DNA of 60,950 nt, counting the filler, from Nemertoderma westbladi (lineage: Eukaryota; Animalia; Xenacoelomorpha): NCBI GenBank assembly GCA_032718475.1. It is 3 parts of 3 records of this genome, joined end to end, with 100 filler letters (N's around TTAATTAATTAA, not from the genome) between each part and the next. Parts side by side here need not be neighbours in the genome. Positions count along the whole stretch, not along the records: positions 52,369 to 60,950 come from JAUCBJ010002460.1; 2 more parts are not named here. The stretch is one strand, 5' to 3'. Shown here piece after piece: positions 52,369 through 60,950 of this stretch (positions within the stretch are counted from its first letter, which is position 1; each line of letters starts with the position of its first letter). Under the pieces are notes generated by a model. It was not told the DNA's origin, did no database searches, and saw only the letters and a list, made by a program, of their open reading frames with translations. The position numbers were made by a program, and so were the translations under genes.

Positions 52369-53717
52369 CTGCTTTCTCAGCCGTAGTTTGCTCACTCCAA
52401 CGGGAGTGGGCATACCTCCAACGCGTTGTCCCAGACTGCAGCAGTCAGTTCGATGTGCTAGAGGAAGCGATCAGCGATAGGTTCCTGCCGGCAGTCTTCG
52501 ATGGGCGAATTTCGCAACCAGAACTCAAGTTGTTTGCCCTGTCTCCGCGAATGGGTGGTCTGGGGTTGCGGAACCCGGTTAACGAGGCCGATACCAACTT
52601 TGCTGTATCAGAACTTGGGACACAGTCGCTGGTGAACGCGATCGCCGGGAAGGAGCCATTCTCCTTAGCCACCCACCTGAAGTGCATGGAGGGAGCGCGC
52701 ATGACATCTCGGAAAGAGAGGCAGGGTATGGAGAAAGCCCAGCAGGAGGAAGCGTTGGAAGGAATGGCGGAGCACCAGCGTGTCGCTGTCCAACGGGCGG
52801 CGGAGTTCAGGACCGGCGGCTGGCTATCCTCTCTTCCGGTAGCCGAACACCAGTTTGACCTCTCACCCCGGGAGTTTAGGGACGCTGTGGCTGTCCGGTA
52901 TGGTAGACCCCTCGTAGGTGTCCCTAGCAGATGCGACGGTTGTGGCGCTGGGTTTGATCTCAACCACGGGTTGAATTGTAAGAAGGGTGGTCTAGTGATT
53001 CAGCGTCACAACGAGCTCCGCGACGCAGTCGGTGACCTCGCGGACATGGCATTCGGACCGCGAAACGTTATGCTCGAGCCAGTGGTCCGCGAGCAGCACG
53101 AGGATGGCGACGGGGCTGGTCTGCGATGCGATGTCGGCATTAGGGGAGCGTTCAGTACCCAGACACAGGCGTTGATTGACATACGTACAATTAACCTTGA
53201 CGCCGTGTCTTATGCTGGGCGCTCCGTGAGGTCGGTATTGGAGTCGGCGGAAGAGGAGAAGAAACGCTTATATACAGCCGCAGTTTCCGCCCGCCGAGGT
53301 GATTTCTCCCCTTTCGTCGCCTCATGCGACGGCATACTGGCACCGCAGGCCAATAAGCTGTTGCGAATCATCGCAGACCGCCTACACACCAACTGGGGGA
53401 AACCATACAGTTCGGTAATGGGGTGGGTGCGCGCACGCATATCGTTCGCGATAATCCGCGGCACTTCCCATTGCCTGCGAGGGTCGCGGGTGAGATGGCG
53501 AAGTGGTTTGGGGCTTGAGGACGGCGCCGGGATACCAGGGGGCTTTGCTTAGAGTGTTTGATCGATTATGCGGGGACTGGTATGGTATATTACATAATTA
53601 TTGCCCATTGTAACTGTGTAATGGAGTTGTTACCATCTGTACTGCATGCAATATGCTATTGATCATTTAGTGCGTTTTTGCGAAAATTATAATATACATA
53701 TAAAAAAAAAAAAAAAA
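52369..53717 (+). mobile_element. CRE-clade non-LTR retrotransposon 3' end (zinc knuckle plus restriction-like endonuclease) with poly(A) tail
   Basis: GC-rich frame open to 53552: GGLGL, CDGCG...H..NCKKGG...RHNELRD, RCD, DIR, AEEEKKRLY, FSPFVASCDG. A short 3' UTR and poly(A) at 53702-53717 follow. Confidence 0.85.
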
Positions 53718-53978
53718 GGTAAAGTAAAGTAAAGTAAAGTAAAGTAAAGTAAATTAAAGTAAAGTACAGTAAAGTAAAGTAAAGTAAAGTAAAGTAAAGT
53801 AAAGTAAGGTAAAGTAAAGTAAAGTAAAGTAAAGTAAAGTAAAGTAAAGTAAAGTAAAGTAAATTAAAGTAAAGTACAGTAAAGTAAAGTAAAGTAAAGT
53901 AAAGTAAAGTAAAGTAAGGTAAAGTAAAGTAAAATAAAGTAAAGTAAAGTAAAGTATACGAAAGTAAAGTAAATAAAG
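53718..53978. repeat. (GTAAA)n microsatellite
   Basis: About 50 pentamer copies directly after the poly(A). Confidence 0.97.
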
Positions 53979-54186
53979 TTATAGTTCGGAGAGTGGAGGT
54001 ACTGTAGTTATAGTTAGGCCGTGAATTTACAATCGAGGAATGGAGGGGTTTGGTTAGTTAGTTTTTTAAACAATGTAAACAACAAATAACATTAATCATC
54101 ACGGAAAAAGATAGAAAATAGTGGAACATAAGTTTCTGAAACAGCAATAAGAATAACTATTTCAAAGATTATTGATATTTATTTAC

Positions 54187-54355
54187 CTGAGAACCAAGGA
54201 AATCGATCACTTTGCTAGTAAATTCGGTTGGGTTGTCTAACGTAAATGTTGGTTGTTCGTTATAAATGCGAACGTAAACATCGCCAATTACCAACTCCGT
54301 AGAATGTACGGTAAACACGAAGTCCGACCCATACGACGAGTCGCATTCTCCCGTT
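54187..54355 (-). CDS. DNAJC13: DNAJC13/RME-8 exon (last visible)
   Basis: Acceptor TTTTAG|A and donor CAG|GTAAAT. Encodes TGECDSSYGSDFVF...ELVIGDVYVRIYNEQPTF...DFLGSQ. Confidence 0.9.
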
Positions 54356-54513
54356 CTAAAATATAAAACATATAAGTCAGACGTTTCTAAGTTGAGCGTT
54401 TAATGATGCGTTTGATTAATATTATTATTAAATTTTAGAATTTCTAACAAATCCCAATATATGACGTGTTTTCAACAAAAAATAGTTCAAGCACATGATA
54501 AGGTTCTACTTAC

Positions 54514-56465
54514 TTTATCATATCGGCCTGTTGTTTCTCCACATACTCCAGCAGTTCAGCTCGCGTTTCATTATCCCATATAAGGTAAGGATTCTCTGTG
54601 TTGCTGTTCAACAGTTTCAGTATATCCATGCTGCTCACCGTGGAGTTGGTCATCTGTTTGCAGACGAACCGCGTGAGTAACGCATTGAGACTCTTACGGA
54701 CGGTCGCGTTCTCCGGAGTCGCGGTCCCGTTGTTGTCGTGGTAACCAGCCAACCGGGACAGCGCGCGGATACTGAGTTTAGCGAGTTGATTCGCCACTTC
54801 CTGCTGGTTGGACTCGGCGCTCCTCTCCACGCCGCCCTCCTCCAGGGTGTAATCGTAGTTGAAGAGGAAGAGGAGGATATGCCAGATGATTCCGGCGAGG
54901 AACAGATGGTTCTGGAGGTAGTAGTCGACGGAGAGTGCGGAAGCGCAGTGGACGACTTCGCAACAGACGTTGGAAAGATTCCGGAAGTAGAGGATCCGAC
55001 AGAGATCGCGAATAATCACGGGGAGTTCCACGATGCGTTCCCGACACGGCCCGAATTGCGCCGCCACGGTGTAGCACTGCGCCACGTGGAAGCAGACGAG
55101 AGCCGGAGTATCGGAACCTCGACTCGATAAGCCGAGCACGTCGACGCATCGAGCCAATGCCCGTTGCAACGTCTCCACTCCGCACTCGCGTCGCATCTCT
55201 TCCGCGTTCAGCGCCGAACAGTCGACCGTGTGGTAGGCGAGCTGCACCGCCGCGGGGAGAATGTCCACCGGTTTGTTGAATAAACAATCGTCTTTGGTTT
55301 CCGAGTCGATGGTGGTGATTAACATTGGGTAACCCGCGTACTTATACGGGGAAAGAACCTCCGAACATCGGGTAAATAAGATACTCTGAGAGCGAAGTAA
55401 CAGTTTAATATTCTCCGGTTTCGGTCCGATATTCCGCGAGCTGGCTTTACTGCAGAGGAAGTCGTAGGCTTTATTGACCGCTTCGAAAATCTCCCGACCT
55501 TCAGGGTTCTTGTCGGGATGGTATTTCTGCGCCATACGGAAGTATGCGTGACGTAATTCGTTGTCGGGGTAACCCCCGGGTTTGGGGGTCAGGTTGAGCG
55601 CGGCGTGTGCTTCGTCCCAGCTAAGCGACGGGGGTTTCCTGTCTACCTCCTCCCGCCACGCCTCCAGGATGTCCTTGAGCAGACGAACCGGCTCCTCCAG
55701 CGGCCAGTCCGGGAACCGAGTCTCGTCGCACAGATGCCGCAGATAGTAGATGTTGACGAACAACTCGTCCTCCAGCTGGGGGTAGCTCACCGCCGGGATC
55801 GGGCAGAACTGGTACACCGATTGGCTGTTGCTCAGCAACCGGGGCGTGAAGTCCGCGATGTGGGTGGCTATCTTCTCGATCATCAACCTCCGCATCTCCG
55901 CGCTCCAGATCGCCTCGGGGGTGTCGAACTCCCCGAGGAACGTTCCCGCGAAGCGTTCCGCCCCGTGGTTGACCAGGTAGTAGACCATGGCCTCGGGGAG
56001 GATGGAACCCAGCACGGAACGGCCGTCGGTGGGGTCCTCGGAGCGGAACGCTTGCACCGAGTGGGAGCGCTGGAGGAACCGGGCGATCGGCAGGAGGTTG
56101 GATCCCGTGTACATAAGGATGAAGAAGAATACACCGGTGACGTAGAGACGGGGCAGCACCGGGTTGTCCTCCATGATCTTGTCGAGGAGGATGGCGACCT
56201 TCTCGACGATCATAGGGTCGAAGGTTAGAAGGAGTTGGACGACATGGGGGAGGCAGAAAGCGTCGGAGAGGAGCCGTTTAATCCGGGGAAGTGGTCGGAT
56301 AATGGCGCCCTCCTCGTCTCTACTCGGGTAGAAGTCCGTCATGGTGTTTAGCGTATTGAGTATGAGGACGGCGATGTCGGATTCGTTGAGAACCGGCGAG
56401 GATGTGGCAACCAGAGTCCATCGGAGCTGCGGAATAAACTGCAGTTGTTTCCAACCGTCCATTCC
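54514..56465 (-). CDS. DNAJC13: DNAJC13/RME-8 large exon with J domain
   Basis: Acceptor TGTAG|GGA and donor AA|GTAAGT (phase 2). Contains [36 protein letters not shown] and [15 protein letters not shown]. Confidence 0.95.
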
Positions 56466-56811
56466 CTACAAAATTCGTATAATAAAAAAAGGGAAAGGTA
56501 CAATATATATTGTAATATCCGACCAACGGGATATCCGAAAGACCGGAATATACAACTTTTCAATATAAATAACGTAAAGACCAACCGCTCGCTAAGCTAA
56601 AATGTAATTTAAAAGTCGCAACTGTAATTATAAAATTAGTATAAAATATCTTCGGTCGGAAATGTCCTATGCTGGATCCGGAAAATTCAAATTCCGACCA
56701 ATAAAGACAAGTAATTGTTTTTAAAAGTTGATTGGACGGAACAGTCCTGGTCGGAATAGACCGTCCGACTAACCTGCGCGACTGCGCGACGAACCGGAAT
56801 ACCAGACTAAC

Positions 56812-57384
56812 CTGCGCCCATATTTGAGTTTTCGCGTTTATCGATTCCTCCTCGAACATTTCCTTAATATCCTGGAAACTATAGGGTCCGAGTTTATCGC
56901 GCTGTTTATTAAATATAAAGAATTCCTTCTGCGAGTGCCGGAAGTTGTCCCCGCCCGCCTCTATAGTGAGAGTCTGCAAGGGGACCGTCGCCCTGGTTAC
57001 GTGTAGGTGAGCCAATACGAGAAGGTTAATGAAGACCCGACAACAATTCGCGTCGATTAATTCCTTCACGTTCCGTCGATTTAACGCGAGTTTCGATATG
57101 AAGATAAGCAATCGATCCCGCTCTATTCGGTCGCTACTGCGTTCCAACATGGACACGATAAACCGGACGTCCGGGAAATTACCTATCTCGTCATGGCAAC
57201 GAGCGTAGACAATGGCCATGGCTTGGAGACAAAGACATCGCATAGTGAGTTTGGGAGTTTGTAGGAATCTGTGGTACAAATCGTTAAAGAATTCGTAGGG
57301 GCGTTTAATCGGGGAGCTGGATTCCTGGGAATTGGTGCTGTCCTCTTCCAATAAGAGTCGCAGGTAGTAATCACCTATTTTAAC
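56812..57384 (-). CDS. DNAJC13: DNAJC13/RME-8 exon (GYF_2 region)
   Basis: Acceptor TTTTAG|GTT and donor CAG|GTTAGT. Encodes KIGDYYLRLLL...FFNDLYHRFL...ERDRLL...TQIWAQ. Confidence 0.93.
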
Positions 57385-57634
57385 CTAAAACAAAGAGAAA
57401 AGTAATTAGGATGCCATTTTGGCTCAGTTGTTAACAGACTAATCCAGTCCCGCATACAGTCAGCCATACAATGAGTGTTAAAAAGTTTAGATAAATAACT
57501 AAAAATGTCTTATCCGCTATCCACTAAAGGAGAGAAGATAAAATTGGCTATTGAATGCCGAGTGTTGATTGGAGACTTGTTGTCTAATGAAACACGAACA
57601 CGATTAGAGACAGTTACGATCTAATCCTCCCTAC

Positions 57635-57805
57635 CTCATCAGAGAGACTATCATAAGTTACTTCGAATTCCTGGTGGTTCCACGACAGTAAATGTTTACT
57701 ACCGAGTTCCTTATCGGTTGAGAACGAACGGATCTCTAATTCCAGTCGTTCGCGAAGTTCCTCGCGGGTTTTATGGTTCCAGATGAGGTTAGATCGGGCG
57801 TGGTC
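57635..57805 (-). CDS. DNAJC13: DNAJC13/RME-8 exon (IWN repeat)
   Basis: Acceptor TTACAG|GAC and donor GAG|GTAGGG. Encodes [18 protein letters not shown]...SWNHQEFEV. Confidence 0.92.
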
Positions 57806-57969
57806 CTGTAAGGAAGGGACATTGGGTTAGATAGATAGTGGAGCGGTGCGGTATGAATCAATAACAACCAAAAATTACTCGCCCCGGATTTTGTTATCAA
57901 TGTAAATAACATTAAAAAGAAAAGCGACAAATAAAAGTAATTAGGTTTTGGGGAAGGTAACGAACTGAC

Positions 57970-58188
57970 CAGCTGGAAGTGATAATAGAATAATGGCCAA
58001 TTGAGTTCCGCTTTAATACGTTGTCTCCGTTTCCGCAATATGATTGGTTGTTCGTCGTCCCTTCTGCGAGTGTTTACCGACACGCCAATACGCGCCCCCC
58101 AGTGCTCCAACACTCTCTCCACCTGGCGCCATTGCGCCTCCACCTGTCGCCAATGGGAGGGCCCCCTCGTTGATTGCTCTTGGGCTGT
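57970..58188 (-). CDS. DNAJC13: DNAJC13/RME-8 exon (first visible)
   Basis: Acceptor TTTTATAG|ACA and donor CTG|GTCAGT. Encodes TAQEQ...PIILRKRRQRIKAELNWPLFYYHF. Confidence 0.9.
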
Positions 58189-58405
58189 CTATAAAATAAA
58201 CACATCCGACGTAAAGTTAGTAGCAACATTATTATAGTGTCTTATGCTATGGGGGCTGGTGAAATTAAATATCATTGTAGATTCTTACGATCGGTACTTT
58301 GAATGTAAATTTGACGTAAAATATGGAATTTACATTACATATAAATTTTAGCACTTTTAAATAATGAAATAATTGTACTTTGTAATTAATTATTGATTCT
58401 TAGTA

Positions 58406-60950
58406 TTCAGTAGTCACCTTGATGTTGTCTCTGGTGTTTAGTACTCGCCTTAAGGTTGTCTCTTTGTGTTCTGTTCAGTACTCACCTCGAGGTTGTCTCT
58501 GGTGTTCAGTACTCGCCTCGAGGTTGTCTCTGGTGTTCAGTACTCGCCTTAAGGTTGTCTCTGGTGTTTAGTACTCGCCTTAAGGTTGTCTCTGGTGTTC
58601 TGTTCAGTACTCTCCTCGAGGTTGTCTCTGGTGTTCAGTACTCTGCTTAAGGTTGTCTCTGGTGTTCAGTACTCGCCTTAAGGTTGTCTCTGGTGTTCAG
58701 TTCTCACCTCGAGGTTGTCACTGGTGTTTAGTACTCACCTTAAGGTTGTCTCTGGTGTTCTGTTCAGTACTCACCTCGAGGTTGTCTCTGGTGTTCAGTA
58801 CTCGCCTTAAGGTTGTCTCTGGTGTTCTGTTCAGTACTCTCCTCAAGGTTGTCTCTGGTGTTCAGTACTCGGCTTAAGGTTGTCTCTGGTGTTCAGTACT
58901 CGCCTTAGGGTTGTCTCTGGTGTTCAATTCTCACCTCGAGGTTGTCACTGGTGTTCAGTACTCACCTTAAGGTTGTCTCTGGTTTTCTGTTCAGTACTCA
59001 TCTCAAGGTTGTCTCTGGTGTTCAGTATTCGGCTTAAGGTTGTCTCTGGTGTTCAGTACTCGCCTTAAGGTTGTCTCTGGTGTTCAATTCTCACCTCGAG
59101 GTTGTCACTAGTGTTCAGTACTCACCTTAAGGTTGTCTCTGGTTTTCTGTTCAGTACTCACCTCGAGGTTGTCTCTGGTGTTCAGTCCTGGCCTTAAGGT
59201 TGTCTCTGGTGTTCAGTACTCGCCTTAAGGTTGACTTTGGTGTTCAGTACTCACCTCGAGGTTGTCACTGGTGTTCAGTACTCACCTTAAGGTTGTCTCT
59301 GGTTTTTTGTTCAGTACTCACCTCGAGGTTGTCTCTGGTGTTCCGTACTCGCCTTAAGGTTGTCTCTGGTGTTCTGTTCAGTACTCACCTCGAGGTTGTC
59401 TCTGGTGTTCAGTACTCGCCTTAAGGTTGTCTCTGGTGTTCTGTTCAGTACTCTCCTCGAGGTTGTCTCTGGTGTTCAGTACTCGGCTTAAGGTTGTCTC
59501 TGGTGTTCAGTACTCGCCTTAGGGTTGTCTCTGGTGTTCAATTCTCACCTCGAGGTTGTCACTGGTGTTCAGTACTCACCTTAAGGTTGTCTCTGGTTTT
59601 CTGTTCAGTACTCAACTCGAGGTTGTCTCTGGTGTTCAGTATTCGGCTTAAGGTTGTCTATGGTGTTCAGTACTCGCCTTAAGGTTGTCTCTGGTGTTCA
59701 ATTCTCACCTCGAGGTTGTCACTGGTGTTCAGTACTCACCTTAAGGTTGTCTCTGGTTTTCTGTTCAGTACTCACCTCGAGGTTGTCTCTGGTGTTCAGT
59801 ACTGGCCTTAAGGTTGTCTCTGGTGTTCAGTACTCGCCTTAAGGTTGTCTTTGGTGTTCAGTACTCACCTCGAGGTTGTCACTGGTGTTCAGTACTCACC
59901 TTAAGGTTGTCTCTGGTTTTTTGTTCAGTACTCACCTCGAGGTTGTCTCTGGTGTTCAGTACTCGCCTTAAGGTTGTCTCTGGTGTTCAGTACTCACCTC
60001 GAGGAGGTTGTCTCTGGTGTTCAGTACTCACCTTGAGGTTGTCTCTGGTGTTCAGTACTCACCTTAAGGTTGTCTCTGGTGTTCAGTACTCACCTCGAGG
60101 TTGTCTCTGGTGTTCAGTACTCACCTTGAGGTTGTCTCTCTGGTGTTCAGTACTCACCTTGAGGTTGTCTCTGGTGTTCAGTACTCACCTTAAGGTTGCT
60201 CTGGTGTTCTGTTTAGAACTCACCTTAAGGTTGTCTCTGGTGTTCAGTACTCACTTTGAGGTTGTCTCTGGTGTTCAGTACTCACCTTGAGGTTGTCTCT
60301 GGTGTTCAGTACTCATCGTAAGGTTGTCTCTGGTGTTCAGTACTCACCTTAAGGTTGTATCTGGTGTTCAGCACTCACCTTAAAGTTGTCTGTGGTGTTC
60401 AGTACTCACCTTAAGGTCGTCTCTGGTGTTCTGTTCAGTACTCACCTTAAGGTTGTCTCTGGTGTTCAGTACTCACCTTGAGGTTGTCTCTGGTGTTCAG
60501 TACTCATCGTAAGGTTGTCTCTGGTGTTCAGTACTCACCTTAAGGTTGTATCTGGTGTTCAGCACTCACCTTAAAGTTGTCTGTGGTGTTCAGTACTCAC
60601 CTTAAGGTCGTCTCTGGTGTTCTGTTCAGTACTCACCTTAAGGTTGTCTCTGGTGTTCAGTACTCATCGTAAGGTTGTCTCTGGTGTTCAGTACTCATCG
60701 TAAGGTTGTCTCTGGTGTTCAGTACTCACCTTAAGGTTGTATCTGGTGTTCAGCACTCACCTTAATGTTGTCTGTGGTGTTCAGTACTCACCTTAAGGTT
60801 GTCTCTGGTGTTCAGTACTCACCTTAAGGTTGTCTCTGGTGTTCTGTTCAGTACTCACCTTAAGGTTGTCTCTGGTGTTCAGTACTCATCGTAAGGTTGT
60901 CTCTGGTGTTCAGTACTCACCTTAAGGTTGTATCTGGTGTTCAGTACTCA
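58406..60950 (-). repeat. 31/36-bp intronic satellite matching the predicted DNAJC13 upstream exon end plus 5' splice site, about 80 copies, continuing beyond the window
   Basis: Minus-strand unit CTGAACACCAGAGACAACCTTAAG+GTGAGTA, which translates as LNTRDNLK followed by a consensus donor. Confidence 0.92.

Noticed and set aside
54738-56228. Long antisense or alternate-frame ORFs over DNAJC13 (likewise over POLR1C, WDR24 and the CRE ORF)
   Set aside because: They are expected shadows of GC3-rich coding sequence.
58456-60290. Plus-strand ORFs over the DNAJC13 satellite
   Set aside because: They are frame-shifting translations of a 31-bp repeat on the antisense strand.

Overview
AT-rich invertebrate animal nuclear DNA (spliceosomal introns, metazoan housekeeping genes) with two scaffold gaps. 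The species cannot be named from the sequence. Five genes have single-exon CDSs: GADD45GIP1/mL64, SDHD, POLR1C, a DUF4336-like protein and ENSA/ARPP19. Two are partial multi-exon genes on the minus strand: WDR24 and DNAJC13/RME-8. The rest is LINEs, a CRE-like retrotransposon, many TIR elements/MITEs, a Penelope-type minimal hammerhead ribozyme and several minisatellites. The main observation is that both multi-exon genes carry a kilobase-scale intronic satellite whose monomer is the last 22-24 coding nt of the preceding exon plus its 5' splice site. In WDR24 (about 110 copies of ...GATACG|GTTAGT) the source exon is visible. In DNAJC13 (about 80 copies of LNTRDNLK|GTGAGTA) the source exon lies outside the window and is inferred from homology. 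A 13-bp duplicated donor in another DNAJC13 intron may be an early stage of the same process. Orthologue comparisons are from recall, and no searches were run.
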